Shown here: positions 1 through 10,042 of the stretch, piece after piece
How positions within the stretch are numbered: position 1 is the stretch's first letter
Layout of the letters: each line of letters opens with the position of its first letter
DNA from: Bdellovibrionales bacterium
GTDB lineage: Bacteria > Bdellovibrionota > Bdellovibrionia > Bdellovibrionales > Bdellovibrionaceae
Length of the DNA stretch: 64,000 nucleotides
Reading direction: 5' to 3'
Assembly: GCA_031370005.1 (NCBI GenBank)
Contig: JANMPT010000024.1
Coordinates: 128,001-192,000 of the forward strand
Notes under the pieces: generated by a model
Database searches by the model: none
What the model saw: the letters and a program-made list of their open reading frames with translations, nothing else
What the model was told of the DNA's origin: nothing
Translations under genes and position numbers: made by a program

Positions 1-891
1 CATTAAACCATTTGGTGTATCTGCGGCAAAACCTATATTGAAGTATTTTTTGTAAACGATTTCAGAAGTGGCATCATCAATAGAGGCATTAAACATCGGG
101 AACTCACGAATCGTTGCAATCATTGCTTTAATCACGATTGGCAAATAAGTGATCTTTGTGTCGTTTTTCTCTGCGTAGTCTTTCAGAGACTCACGGAATG
201 CTACAAGGGCTGTCACATTTGCCTGATCCATAATAGTAAAATGGGGAATAATGGCTTTTGATTTCTGCATGTTTTCAGCAATTTTGCGGCGAATACCAAT
301 CATAGCCACGCGCTCTTCGGCACCTCCGCCACCTTGGTAAGCAGGGCGGGGAATGCTTAAGCCCGGAGCACGAGTTGCACCTGTGCCCATAGAGTTTCCA
401 GCTTTGGTACTCAAAACATCATCACGAGTTACACGACCAGCGAGGCCAGTGCCGTTAAGTGTATTTATATCGACACTCATTTCACGAGCCAGTCTGCGGG
501 TCGCAGGTGTTGCTAATGTTTTTGCATCCGCGACAGGTGGACTGATGCTAGGACTTGCGGCTACGAAATTCTGCTGAGCAGTAGGCTGGGCAGTTGTTGG
601 AGCAGCAGGTTTGGCTGCAGCAACCGGTGCTACGACTTTGGCACTGGCGCCAGCGCTGGCCTCAAGTACTAACATGATGCTGTCGACTTTAACGACGTCG
701 CCACTTTTGAATTTCAATTCCACAACAGTCCCAGCGATGGGAGTCGGAACTTCTACAGTGGCTTTGTCGGTCATGACCTCAGCAATCGGTTGATCAGCTT
801 TAACGACGTCGCCAGGTTGAACTAACCATTTCACCAATTCGCCTTCAGAAACACCTTCACCAAGTTCAGGAAGTTTTACGTTTGTCGCCAT
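1..891 (-). CDS. Dihydrolipoamide acyltransferase (E2) of a 2-oxoacid dehydrogenase complex, runs off the window edge
   Basis: Not in the ORF track. Manual translation from ATG at 891: MATNVKLPELGEGVSEGELVKWLVQPGD...EVMTDKATVEVP (lipoyl domain), Ala/Pro linker, LATPATRRLARE (E3-binding domain), IPHFT (catalytic domain). Confidence 0.93.
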   Translation of the reverse strand, partial: MATNVKLPELGEGVSEGELVKWLVQPGDVVKADQPIAEVMTDKATVEVPTPIAGTVVELKFKSGDVVKVDSIMLVLEASAGASAKVVAPVAAAKPAAPTTAQPTAQQNFVAASPSISPPVADAKTLATPATRRLAREMSVDINTLNGTGLAGRVTRDDVLSTKAGNSMGTGATRAPGLSIPRPAYQGGGGAEERVAMIGIRRKIAENMQKSKAIIPHFTIMDQANVTALVAFRESLKDYAEKNDTKITYLPIVIKAMIATIREFPMFNASIDDATSEIVYKKYFNIGFAADTPNGLM

Positions 892-1072
892 TCTGAGACT
901 GCCCCCTTCGAGATTTATATAGAATTCATTTAATTTGAACCCTATGGTTCTATGCTCGTGATGGCGTAATTGCATCGCTTTACGCTTCGGGTCATAGAGC
1001 GAAAATTTCATAGGAAGCCCGTTTGCTCTATCACACTTGTCATGGCAATTTGGGGGTTTCTCAGGGGGCACC

Positions 1073-1804
1073 ATGAAATATCGTAACAAATTGGATGAAG
1101 GTGTCTTTTTAAAACGCTATAAGCGGTTTTTTGCAGATATAGAGTGGAAAGGGCAAATATTGACCGCCCACGTTCCAAATACCGGAAGCATGAAGAGCAT
1201 TAATAATCCCGGCCAGGCATGTCTTTTTTCCCACAGCGACAATCCGGAGCGCAAGCTGAAGCAAACTCTCGAAATGATTCAAGCGCCGACGGGAGCGTGG
1301 GTTGGAGTAAATACTTCAACTCCCAATGCATTAGTGCGTGAGACCCTGGAAAGGGTGGTGGGACATACAGATGAAAAGTGGGTGAAGGCATGGGAGCATT
1401 GGGTCAGCTTTGATACTGTGAAACCAGAATTCAAAATTTCTAAACAGACACGTTTGGACTTTGTTTTGCAGAAGAAAAATTCTGATAAGAAACATTTCAT
1501 AGAAGTAAAGAATGTGACTATGTCAGAAGGAAAAACAGCCATGTTTCCAGATTCAGAGACCCTTCGGGGGCAAAAGCATCTGAAAGAACTTATGAGCCTG
1601 ATGGCGGAAGGGCATTCTGCCGAAATTCTATTTACGATTCAGCGTAATGATTGCGATAGGTTTTCGTTGGCGGATGAGATAGACCCCGAGTATGGCCGCC
1701 TCTTACGTCAAGCACAGGAGAAGGGGCTTCGGGTTTCTCCATTTGTGGTGGATTTATGTCCTTTGGAGGCCATATTAACCGACCGACTTTTACCTTTAAA
1801 ATGA
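1073..1804 (+). CDS. sfsA: SfsA-family nuclease (sugar fermentation stimulation protein)
   Basis: KRYKRFFAD, HVPNTGSM, RLDF, FIEVKNVT, FPDSETLRGQKHL motifs; ATG at 1073 after GGGGG chosen over TTG at 1037. Confidence 0.93.
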   Translation: MKYRNKLDEGVFLKRYKRFFADIEWKGQILTAHVPNTGSMKSINNPGQACLFSHSDNPERKLKQTLEMIQAPTGAWVGVNTSTPNALVRETLERVVGHTDEKWVKAWEHWVSFDTVKPEFKISKQTRLDFVLQKKNSDKKHFIEVKNVTMSEGKTAMFPDSETLRGQKHLKELMSLMAEGHSAEILFTIQRNDCDRFSLADEIDPEYGRLLRQAQEKGLRVSPFVVDLCPLEAILTDRLLPLK

Positions 1805-1829
1805 AAAACCCGGCATCAGCCGGGTTTTT
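1804..1829. terminator. Bidirectional intrinsic terminator between convergent sfsA and dsbA-like genes
   Basis: AAAAACCCGGC-ATCA-GCCGGGTTTTT, perfect 11-bp inverted repeat with A/T tails. Confidence 0.85.
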
Positions 1830-1858
1830 AGGACTCAATAAAATACCGAACTAGGGTT

Positions 1859-2656
1859 CTATTGTTTTTTAGTTTCTACAGATTTACCCAAGTGACGATC
1901 GATAATCGTTTTGAACTCTGGGAATGGGTAGGCACCACGAAGAGAAACACCGTTAATTAAAAAGCCAGGAGTTCCAGAGAAATTAAATTTCTTTGCCTCT
2001 TCCATGTCACCATGGATACGTGCCATGAGAGTTTCATCTTTGATATCTTTGCTCAACTTCTTCATGTCCACACCTAATTTTTTAGCAGTGCTTTTCAGGA
2101 AGTCCTCCCCTTTGGAGCGAAGCTCTCCTTGGTTTTCAAAAACTGCGTCATGGAATTTTTCAGCTTTTTCAGGACTCTGTCTTGCAACGGCTTCGAAGTA
2201 TTTCGCAGCAGGCATTGCTTGAGGATGGAAATCCAAAGGCAAGTGCTTGAACACGACACGAACATCATTCGGGTATTCTTTAAGAACTTGTTTAACTGTC
2301 TGGAAGCCCTTGCTGCAATAAGGGCACTCAAAATCAGAGTACTCAACAATAGTTACCTTTGCGTCTTTGTTGCCAAAAATCACGCGGCCAGGTTGAATTT
2401 CTGGCTGTAAAGGGTTTGCAAATTCCTCGTCGCGTTTTTTAGACTCCTCAGCAATGGCTTTGTCTTGAGTCTTTCTTTGAGCATCCTGTGCTGCCTTATT
2501 TACAACTTCGATGAATTGGTCCGGATATTTTTCGATGGCAACAAAAACGATGCTCGGATCTTTTTCAACAGCCTCTTTAATTTGTTTTGCAGATGGAGCA
2601 CAATTCGTCAGTGCGAGCGCCATCGCGGAAAGTGTGATTAATGTTAACTTTTTCAA
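1859..2656 (-). CDS. DsbA-family thiol:disulfide oxidoreductase (lipoprotein)
   Basis: Lipobox LTNC; EYSDFECPYC active site; GTPGF cis-Pro loop; TTG start with GGAGG RBS. Confidence 0.9.
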   Translation of the reverse strand: MKKLTLITLSAMALALTNCAPSAKQIKEAVEKDPSIVFVAIEKYPDQFIEVVNKAAQDAQRKTQDKAIAEESKKRDEEFANPLQPEIQPGRVIFGNKDAKVTIVEYSDFECPYCSKGFQTVKQVLKEYPNDVRVVFKHLPLDFHPQAMPAAKYFEAVARQSPEKAEKFHDAVFENQGELRSKGEDFLKSTAKKLGVDMKKLSKDIKDETLMARIHGDMEEAKKFNFSGTPGFLINGVSLRGAYPFPEFKTIIDRHLGKSVETKKQ

Positions 2657-2851
2657 AATCTTCCTCCGGTAAAAATAAAATTACATAAGTTGTTATGTTC
2701 GTTAAAACATTTTGATTCTGACACAAACTCAAGGGGCTCTGAATCAAAAAAGCGGCCTTGGATATCCGCGTTAGAATCTTGCGGAAGACTAAGGTCCAGG
2801 TTCTATGCAGAGTGGCTTTTCACCTCCGAAGTCCGCGCTTACACTGTGTAG

Positions 2852-3469
2852 ATGAAAAATTTATATCTATTTATTTTAGCAAGCATCTTATGGGTCTCTA
2901 CTTCTTCAGCAGGTCTACTTTATAACTACTCTCAGTTAACTCTGAAAGATCTCGATCAGATGAATAATCTGGCTCAAAAGAAGATCAAAGAGTTCAAAAA
3001 GGACGGATCTGTCGAAATCCTACGAGAAGCCGTTCAAGCAGTTTACTCACGTCCAAATAATGATGCCATGGTGGAAAAAGTAATTACACCACTACGCAAC
3101 GAGCTGGATGATAAGGAGCAGTGGGAGGCAACTATAGACTCTCTGGTTCAGGAAGCTATCGGTGCTTTGAAGAATCCAAAGGCCTTCCAGCCCGTGGTCC
3201 AGAACACCTACGCGATCTTTTTGGAAAACGTGGTTGCGGACTTTAAAGCTTTTGCCGAAAAAGAAGGTCATGAACGCAAGGTGATCAAACATATTGCAGA
3301 CGCAAACATCGAACTGTCAAAAGAGGCAGTAAATGAAAGAAAGCTCAGAATGATGAGCTCCCACAAATCGCCTTCAGAAATTGCAACTCAGGTCTTGAGT
3401 AACCTTGCAAAAGCGGATGCGGGTGTCAAAAAGGCAGAAGCTGAAGCCGTGAAAAGCGAGCGGAAGTAG
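2852..3469 (+). CDS. Exported helical hypothetical protein
   Basis: 205-aa ORF with N-terminal signal peptide, followed by a terminator. Confidence 0.75.
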   Translation: MKNLYLFILASILWVSTSSAGLLYNYSQLTLKDLDQMNNLAQKKIKEFKKDGSVEILREAVQAVYSRPNNDAMVEKVITPLRNELDDKEQWEATIDSLVQEAIGALKNPKAFQPVVQNTYAIFLENVVADFKAFAEKEGHERKVIKHIADANIELSKEAVNERKLRMMSSHKSPSEIATQVLSNLAKADAGVKKAEAEAVKSERK

Positions 3470-3502
3470 TTTTTAGTGTTAGAAAATGAATTGAACTGGA
3501 TG

Positions 3503-3529
3503 AAAGCCTGGAAAGACACAGGCTTTTTT
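3503..3529 (+). terminator. Intrinsic terminator
   Basis: AAAGCCTG-N8-CAGGCTTT followed by a T run. Confidence 0.7.
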
Positions 3530-3551
3530 AGTTTTTGCGTCTCAATCTGAC

Positions 3552-3578
3552 TCAAGTTCTCCGTAATGTCGCCGATAA
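3552..3578 (+). promoter_or_regulatory. Putative sigma28 (FliA) promoter
   Basis: TCAA-N15-GCCGATAA versus consensus TAAA-N15-GCCGATAA. Confidence 0.7.
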
Positions 3579-3621
3579 GTCTCTTAGATTCCGAAATGGA
3601 TTTTGGAGAGAGAGGCTTCTC

Positions 3622-3900
3622 ATGTTTTTACAAGGTGATCTTCAGGCAGTATTTGATGCACTCTATACGGTGGGTGCGATTGATCCCGTTCTTAAGTTGG
3701 ATTGGGAGCAGGTGACAAACGAGATGGCACAAAGCCCTGAGTTGGTTGTTCAAGCCATGGAAGTCATCAATGCTTGTTGTGGTGATAAAAATCTCATTAT
3801 TCAAAGACTGCATATGATGGATACAAGAGCCGTTAACTATATCGCAATGGAGGTTGCCCGTGAATTCGTTGAATTCCAAGATCGCAGCTGTCTGCACTAG
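3622..3900 (+). CDS. Small hypothetical protein (92 aa)
   Basis: ATG at 3622 (MFLQGDLQAVF) with GAGAGG RBS, downstream of the sigma28 site; the track ORF start at 3535 is probably too far upstream. Confidence 0.7.
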   Translation: MFLQGDLQAVFDALYTVGAIDPVLKLDWEQVTNEMAQSPELVVQAMEVINACCGDKNLIIQRLHMMDTRAVNYIAMEVAREFVEFQDRSCLH

Positions 3901-4363
3901 TTTATTGTTTGTTAGTAATTTTGTCCAGGCTTGGGAAGTGGACATGTCTCGTCGGCGGTTGGATTTTGACCGTGTAACCAATCAAAGTCGTCTTCCTGCA
4001 AGCACAACTGTGGACGAAACTCAAAGTCTATTCGATCAGGTCTTCGATAGTATCGAGCCAACTCAAGATATCGTGATTCTCAATACAGAAAAAGGTTTTG
4101 TGCCGAGTACGGTTCGCGTAAAAAAAGGCAATAGTTATCGTATTCACGTAGTAAATGTGAATGCCAAAGATAAAAATGTCAGCTTTGTCCTGGATGCATT
4201 CTCTGAGCATCACAACACGGTTTACGGTGAAGAACGCGTTTTTAATTTAAACCCAAAAACTGATGGAGTGTTCTCTTATCAGTGCCCAGAGACAGCGGTG
4301 CAGGGGCGTGTGATTGTGATTTCTAATTCACAAGATTCTGAGCGTAAACCCGCTTCGAACTAA
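3854..4363 (+). CDS. Exported cupredoxin-domain protein
   Basis: Signal peptide; GFVPSTVRVKKG...PKTDGVFSYQCPE resembles a cupredoxin fold; TTG start with GGAGG. Confidence 0.7.
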   Translation: MPVNSLNSKIAAVCTSLLFVSNFVQAWEVDMSRRRLDFDRVTNQSRLPASTTVDETQSLFDQVFDSIEPTQDIVILNTEKGFVPSTVRVKKGNSYRIHVVNVNAKDKNVSFVLDAFSEHHNTVYGEERVFNLNPKTDGVFSYQCPETAVQGRVIVISNSQDSERKPASN

Positions 4364-4374
4364 CAGGATGTTTT

Positions 4375-5481
4375 ATGTCTGAGACGTCGAGTGTATTTAA
4401 AGATGCCATCCGGAATAATTTAGGGCCGGTTTTGCCCTATTTGGAAGACAAGACAGTCTCAGAAATCCTGATCAATGGTTACAAAGAAGTTTTCATAGAG
4501 CGTAACGGAAAGCTTGAGAGAACTCCTGCAAAATTTGCTGATGAAGATGCTCTTCGTGCAGCAGTAAATAGCATTGCTCAGAGCGTAGGAAGACGAATCA
4601 ATGAGGATACTCCCAGGCTAGATGCGCGTTTGCCTGATGGCTCTCGAATCGCAGCAGTGATTCCACCTTGCTCTCGCAAAGGGACCACAGTCAGTATTCG
4701 TAAATTTACTAATAATAAAATTTCTTTTGCAGACTATATTAAATTTGGAGCAATTACTGAGGACGGCGCCAGATTTTTGGATATTTGCATGTTCCTTGGT
4801 AAAAACATTATCGTCAGTGGAGGCACGGGCTCCGGTAAAACTACATTATTAGGTTTGCTTTGTACGCGGATACCAAAAGGTCAGCGTATTATCGTGATCG
4901 AGGACTCCAGTGAGCTTCAAGTGGACTATGAGCATGTGGTGATGTTTGAAACTCGTCAAATCGATGAGCTCGGCAAAGGCGAGGTGACAATTAAAGATCT
5001 TTTGAGAAGTTCGCTGCGCCTTCGTCCCGATCGTATTATTGTGGGGGAGGTTCGCTCCTCTGAAGCCATTGAGCTGTTGAATGCAATGAATACTGGTCAT
5101 AAAGGTTGCATGGGCACTGTCCATGCAAACTCACCTGAGGATGCGATTGTACGCATTGAGGCACTCGCTCAGGGCGGTGACACTCAAATCAGTGAGAAGG
5201 CTCTGCGTTCACAAGTCGTGTCGGCTATTGAAATTGTTATTCAAGTTTCCAGATTTCCCGATGGTTCCCGTCGTATTGCTGCCATTAGTGAAATTTTAGG
5301 AATTCTTCCAGACGGTAACTACGATGTTCGGCATATTTTTCAATTGTCACGAATGACAAGAAAATCCGATGGAACTTTCGATGGAAAACTTGAGCCAACG
5401 GGTTATATCCCGTCCTTTATGGAAGAAATAGTCGATAATAAGCTTCCGTTCTCCCAAACGAAATTTAACAAGGTCGCATAA
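4375..5481 (+). CDS. cpaF: CpaF/TadA-family pilus secretion ATPase
   Basis: DARLPDGSR, Walker [46 protein letters not shown]. Confidence 0.92.
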   Translation: MSETSSVFKDAIRNNLGPVLPYLEDKTVSEILINGYKEVFIERNGKLERTPAKFADEDALRAAVNSIAQSVGRRINEDTPRLDARLPDGSRIAAVIPPCSRKGTTVSIRKFTNNKISFADYIKFGAITEDGARFLDICMFLGKNIIVSGGTGSGKTTLLGLLCTRIPKGQRIIVIEDSSELQVDYEHVVMFETRQIDELGKGEVTIKDLLRSSLRLRPDRIIVGEVRSSEAIELLNAMNTGHKGCMGTVHANSPEDAIVRIEALAQGGDTQISEKALRSQVVSAIEIVIQVSRFPDGSRRIAAISEILGILPDGNYDVRHIFQLSRMTRKSDGTFDGKLEPTGYIPSFMEEIVDNKLPFSQTKFNKVA

Positions 5482-5495
5482 ATGCGCGAGAAGAA

Positions 5496-7373
5496 TTAGC
5501 GTGCGGTTTTCGACCTTTGCAGGGATCCGAGAAGTATTTTTTGATATATTTTTTGCTGAAATGTTGAAGTTTTTTGTAAATCCATGCGAAGAAGCTCTTC
5601 TGAAAAATCAGTCTTTCTAACGCCAAGACCCCGAAGTAAATATTTAAGTAGTTCTTTTATTGAACTTTCTTTGAGGGCGATTAGTGCACTTTGCAAAGTC
5701 AACTCTGTCGCTGTGAAATCACTGCCAAAGGGCATCCTTGGAAATAATTCTTGAGATTGGGCTTTGGTGATAAAATCCCGAACCTTGGTGGGAGTATTGT
5801 GTCGTGCACCTTCAGGAATTTTATAATCAGCGGCGATTTTTTTATTCTTTTTTGCAATTTTCAGAAGCTCCTCTTGAAATTCTGAGTCCGTGATATTGAG
5901 TAGCTGTTGGATCACTTGCTCATCATTTTGCTCCTTTAAATAAGCAATTCCATACTCTGTAATCACAATGTCTCGAAGATGACGTGGAATTGTCAGCTGT
6001 CCATGTGCCCAGACAATATTTGAAGATCTTTTCCCCTTCGTGATCCGCGTGCTTCGCAACATAAGCACCGAATGTGAATCAGGCAGCTCGTGGGACATGG
6101 CCACAAAATTATACTGTCCGCCAACACCGCTGATGACTTGGCCGTTTTCGAGGGTTTCAGAGGCAGCACCACCCAATAGAGTGATATTCATGGTGGTATT
6201 AAAAAAGCGCGCATTTTTTCTTTGCCGACGTAGAGCAAATTCATGAGGGTCATAGAGGTCGTTCACTTTTGAAACACGGGTCATCGAAAGCCCTTCATAG
6301 TCATGACCTTTAAGCTCTCGAAGCCATTGATAGAATTTTTTCGATCCGAGAAAAAATGCACCGTGCAGATAGCGCATGGCATATTCGTCGCGGTCATAGA
6401 TTCTGCGGCAGAGGATGCCGGCGTTTCGGAGGTGCATAAAGCCATCCATCAACATCTCGCTGGTGCCATAGAGACCTTTTTCAAAAGGACTCTCAAATGT
6501 TGAAATATTTTTTGGTTTCTCGGCATTTAGCCAAAACTCCTGATTGAGTTGACGGTACAGCTGATTTTTTTGATGACGTAAGATTGTGGCATAGACTAAG
6601 GCTTCAGAAAGACTGCCAATTCCAATTTGCAAAGTTCCATCATCTGGAATCAATTGACTAGCGTGTAAGCCGATCAAAGACTCCTCAGGCGTCATGGGCG
6701 ACAGCGGAGGAGCAAAAAGTTGATGGGTGATCTCCGCAGAGGTTAAAATGGCATCAAAAAAACTAGGTTCCACCTGAGCGTCACCGCCGAGGAAGGGAAG
6801 CTCTGGGTGAATCACTCCAACAACGACTAATGGTTTTTTAGATTTTCGATAAATGTCCACCACATCCAAAGTTAAATCTGGATTGCAGCTCAGGCTGTAG
6901 GTTTGCCCGTCAGGAGAAACTGCAATTAGTTGAACTAGCAGATTGATGTTTGAATTAAAAAGGCTTTGTGTAACATGGGTATAGTTTAAGCTATTGTAGT
7001 GGCACTGCATATTTGTATTGCCGAGATATTTTCCCGCCTGAAAATAAAACTCCTCGACCTCGATATTTTCAGGAATTTTCTTTGCTAAGAGGTCTTTCAC
7101 ATAGGTTAGCCTTGGATAATCGTCACCAAAGTGCCTCTGATAAAATGCTTTGGTAAATCGAGCCTCCAAATCTGACTTGGGATCTGGAATATCTAGGGAG
7201 AGAGCAGTGAATATTTTGAGTTTCAGCTCTTTGTTGTTCTTAACATGATCATAGACCGCATTAATTAACTGATTGGGCTTTCCTAAGCCTAGGGGAGCCG
7301 CCATGCGGATTTCTTTGCCGAGATTTGCAAAAATAAAATCGGTGGCTTCCTTGATTTGACCGAGCTGTTGCAT
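5496..7373 (-). CDS. Acetyl-CoA hydrolase/CoA-transferase family protein
   Basis: PLGLGKPN, LQIGIGSL, SGVGGQYNFV, IPRHLRDIVITEYGIA. Confidence 0.85.
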   Translation of the reverse strand: MQQLGQIKEATDFIFANLGKEIRMAAPLGLGKPNQLINAVYDHVKNNKELKLKIFTALSLDIPDPKSDLEARFTKAFYQRHFGDDYPRLTYVKDLLAKKIPENIEVEEFYFQAGKYLGNTNMQCHYNSLNYTHVTQSLFNSNINLLVQLIAVSPDGQTYSLSCNPDLTLDVVDIYRKSKKPLVVVGVIHPELPFLGGDAQVEPSFFDAILTSAEITHQLFAPPLSPMTPEESLIGLHASQLIPDDGTLQIGIGSLSEALVYATILRHQKNQLYRQLNQEFWLNAEKPKNISTFESPFEKGLYGTSEMLMDGFMHLRNAGILCRRIYDRDEYAMRYLHGAFFLGSKKFYQWLRELKGHDYEGLSMTRVSKVNDLYDPHEFALRRQRKNARFFNTTMNITLLGGAASETLENGQVISGVGGQYNFVAMSHELPDSHSVLMLRSTRITKGKRSSNIVWAHGQLTIPRHLRDIVITEYGIAYLKEQNDEQVIQQLLNITDSEFQEELLKIAKKNKKIAADYKIPEGARHNTPTKVRDFITKAQSQELFPRMPFGSDFTATELTLQSALIALKESSIKELLKYLLRGLGVRKTDFSEELLRMDLQKTSTFQQKIYQKILLGSLQRSKTAR

Positions 7374-7379
7374 GAGCTG

Positions 7380-7409
7380 AGCTTAGCTCGCCGAACCTCT
7401 TTCATGCAA
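7380..7409 (-). promoter_or_regulatory. Putative sigma70 promoter, leaderless start for the CoA-transferase gene
   Basis: Minus strand TTGCAT-N18-TAAGCT-N6-ATG, no SD. Confidence 0.55.
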
Positions 7410-7592
7410 GTATCCGATGAGGAGCCCGCGTGCTGAATCGATTGTGAGCCAATAGAGCTAGGGGTATTGCTCTAATATAGAGTAAAATTGTGATTAAAAA
7501 GTCTTATTAGTATTAATGCTGGCCACGGTGAGGTATGATTGATACTGATTTTATGCACTATGTGTTTGAAATAGAATCTATCGAGGAGGACA

Positions 7593-7793
7593 TTGTTGGA
7601 TATTCTTAACTATGAGTTCGAAACTATAGAGGATCGCGAGATGGCCTATCACAATATCGAAAAATGGTATGGTTCAATGGTTGCTGAGCGAGTTGAGTCT
7701 TTAAAAATTAGCGTTCAGGCGTCTAAAGAGGTTGCTGCAGCCACGGGTAAAATCATGGAAAAGCATTTCGGAACGAAAAAATTAGTTTGTTAA
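7593..7793 (+). CDS. Small hypothetical protein (66 aa)
   Basis: TTG start with strong GAGGAGG RBS, fills an intergenic gap. Confidence 0.6.
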   Translation: MLDILNYEFETIEDREMAYHNIEKWYGSMVAERVESLKISVQASKEVAAATGKIMEKHFGTKKLVC

Positions 7794-7831
7794 TTGTTTG
7801 TATATTGCCTTCGCTGTAAGAATCCTGGACG

Positions 7832-9568
7832 ATGTTTTCCATGAAAAATAAAATCTGGTTCCGTCTGTTTTCGATTGCACGGCCTGAAGCAAAATTTCTT
7901 TCCTGGGGTTTGTTTTTTTTGGTTCTTTCCAGTGGCTCAGGGCTGGCTTATCCGCAGCTAATTCGTTGGATGATTGATAATGTTTTACAACCCAAGAGGC
8001 AGGATTTACTGCTTCCTGTGGTTTTAGGCCTTTTCGCAGCCTTTGCCATTCAAGGGGTGGCGTCCAGCCTACGTTATTACCTTTTCACCTTAGGTGGAGA
8101 GCGTATGGTGATCCGTTTACGAAAACAGCTCTATGAAAAAATTCTTTCCCAAGAGGTTTTCTTTTTTGATTTCAATCGTACGGGCGATTTAATGAGTCGC
8201 CTTTCCTCGGACTGCACAACTTTACAAAACACTGTGAGTGTAAATGTGTCTCAGGGGTTGCGAAACCTCGGCCAAGTAATTGGTGGACTTGTCTTTATGT
8301 TTTTTACCTCCTGGAAGTTGTCTATATTCATGCTGCTTTTAATTCCTCCTATTGCTTTGGCGGCTGCTCTATTTGGTAAAAGTATTCGTAAGTATTCGAA
8401 GGAGTCTCAAGCCGCACTGGCCGAAGCGAGTATTGTTGCCGATGAAACAATCTCGGGTGTTCGTACAGTTAAGTCCTTTGTTCAAGAGCACAATGAAGTT
8501 CGCCGCTATCATAGTGCTATGGCGACGGTTCTGGTTTTTGTGCGTTTGCGTATTCGTGCCATTGCGAAATTTATGACATTAGCAATGGTTGCGGGCTTCG
8601 GTGCTATTTGTTTTGTTCTTTGGTACGGTGGTCGGGAGGTGTTGCTTGGACATCTTTCTGTTGGGGATCTGACTCAGTTCTTACTTTATCTGATGATAGT
8701 TGCAATCGGGGTTGGTAGCCTCGGCAGTCTATGGGGAGACCTCATGGCCGGCATTGGTGCAAGTCAACGCGTTTTTGAAATCCTTGAGAGTGAGTCCGTG
8801 GTGAAAGACGAAGGGATCGAAACTATGTCTTTGCGGGGGCAGATTGACTTCAAAGATGTCCACTTTCGCTATCCCTCTCGCGGCGACATTGAAGTTTTAA
8901 AAGGGATCAGTCTTGAAATTCACCCAGGCCAGGTGGTCGCCTTAGTTGGTTCATCTGGAAGTGGCAAGACCACGGTGGCAGGTCTTTTGCCAAGATTTTA
9001 TGAGCCAACATCCGGAGAAATTATTCTCGATGGCCATAAGCTCAGTGAGTTTCGGCCTTCGTGGCTCCGTGAACAGATCGGCATGGTTTCTCAAGAACCG
9101 GTTTTGATTTCCTCCACACTCGAAGAAAATATTCGCTATGGAAAGCCCACTGCCAGCATGGCGGAGGTTGAGGCTGCGGCTAAGGCGGCCAATGCTCTTG
9201 AGTTTATTGAACGTTTTCCAGAGGGCTTCAAAACCCGCGTCGGCGAAAAGGGATTTCAGCTTTCTGGTGGGCAAAAACAGCGAATTGCCATTGCGCGGGC
9301 TCTTCTTAAAAATCCGAAGATTTTGATTCTTGATGAAGCGACAAGCAGTCTTGACACAGCGAGTGAGCACCTGGTTCAGGAGGCCCTGCAGCGCTTGATG
9401 GTGAGCCGAACTACATTGATCATTGCCCATCGTTTAGCGACAGTTCGGAATGTTGACGTGATTTTTGTCGTTCAGGAGGGGCGAATTGTGCAAAGGGGCA
9501 CTCACGAGGAGCTTGTCGCCAAGCCACAAGGGCTTTACTATCAGCTTTTACAAAGACAGTTCCTATAG
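7832..9568 (+). CDS. ABC exporter, fused permease-ATPase (MsbA/ABCB-like)
   Basis: Six-TM N-terminal domain; GSSGSGKTT, LSGGQKQRIAIARA, ILILDEATS, IAHRL. Confidence 0.93.
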   Translation: MFSMKNKIWFRLFSIARPEAKFLSWGLFFLVLSSGSGLAYPQLIRWMIDNVLQPKRQDLLLPVVLGLFAAFAIQGVASSLRYYLFTLGGERMVIRLRKQLYEKILSQEVFFFDFNRTGDLMSRLSSDCTTLQNTVSVNVSQGLRNLGQVIGGLVFMFFTSWKLSIFMLLLIPPIALAAALFGKSIRKYSKESQAALAEASIVADETISGVRTVKSFVQEHNEVRRYHSAMATVLVFVRLRIRAIAKFMTLAMVAGFGAICFVLWYGGREVLLGHLSVGDLTQFLLYLMIVAIGVGSLGSLWGDLMAGIGASQRVFEILESESVVKDEGIETMSLRGQIDFKDVHFRYPSRGDIEVLKGISLEIHPGQVVALVGSSGSGKTTVAGLLPRFYEPTSGEIILDGHKLSEFRPSWLREQIGMVSQEPVLISSTLEENIRYGKPTASMAEVEAAAKAANALEFIERFPEGFKTRVGEKGFQLSGGQKQRIAIARALLKNPKILILDEATSSLDTASEHLVQEALQRLMVSRTTLIIAHRLATVRNVDVIFVVQEGRIVQRGTHEELVAKPQGLYYQLLQRQFL

Positions 9569-9576
9569 GAGATTGT

Positions 9577-9921
9577 GTGAGAAACATTATAAATGAAAAT
9601 CAAATTGAAATTAATGCGATGAGGTCTATTGAGAACTTTCACCCAAACATTGTCGTCGAGGTGAACAAGGCGATTTCAGAGCATGAGTGGGTTATTGTGG
9701 GGATGAGGCAGAATCCTGTAGTCAAAAATGCGCGGAAGTATTTTTCCGACAAAGGGATTCCATTTCATTACATCGAATACGGCAGTTATTTTTCTCAGTG
9801 GAAGCCGCGCCTTGCTATCAAGCTTTGGTCAGGATGGCCGACCTTTCCTCAGATTTTCCACAAAGCCAAGCTTGTGGGTGGTTACGCAGAACTAAAAAAT
9901 TACAACCCGCCAAGCAATTAG
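9577..9921 (+). CDS. Glutaredoxin-fold protein without cysteines
   Basis: WSGWPTFPQIF and LVGG glutaredoxin motifs; GTG start with AGGAG. Confidence 0.75.
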   Translation: MRNIINENQIEINAMRSIENFHPNIVVEVNKAISEHEWVIVGMRQNPVVKNARKYFSDKGIPFHYIEYGSYFSQWKPRLAIKLWSGWPTFPQIFHKAKLVGGYAELKNYNPPSN

Positions 9922-9976
9922 CGGCCGAACACGGCTAAAGTTATCGACAAGGGAAGTCAAATACCCAATTGGCGCG

Positions 9977-10005
9977 ATGCAATACTAAAAAGAAGGCCAT
10001 ACCTT
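9977..10005 (+). repeat. Copy of the 28-bp promoter-like repeat also found at 45722-45749
   Basis: TGCAATACTAAAAAGAAGGCCATACCTT, 27/28 identical to 45722-45749; reads ATGCAA-N17-TACCTT. Confidence 0.85.
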
Positions 10006-10042
10006 CTGGTCATCCAATTTCTTTTGGGCTACAAGTTTTTTC

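Noticed and set aside
353..793. Two short plus-strand ORFs
   Set aside because: Antisense shadows of the E2 acyltransferase gene
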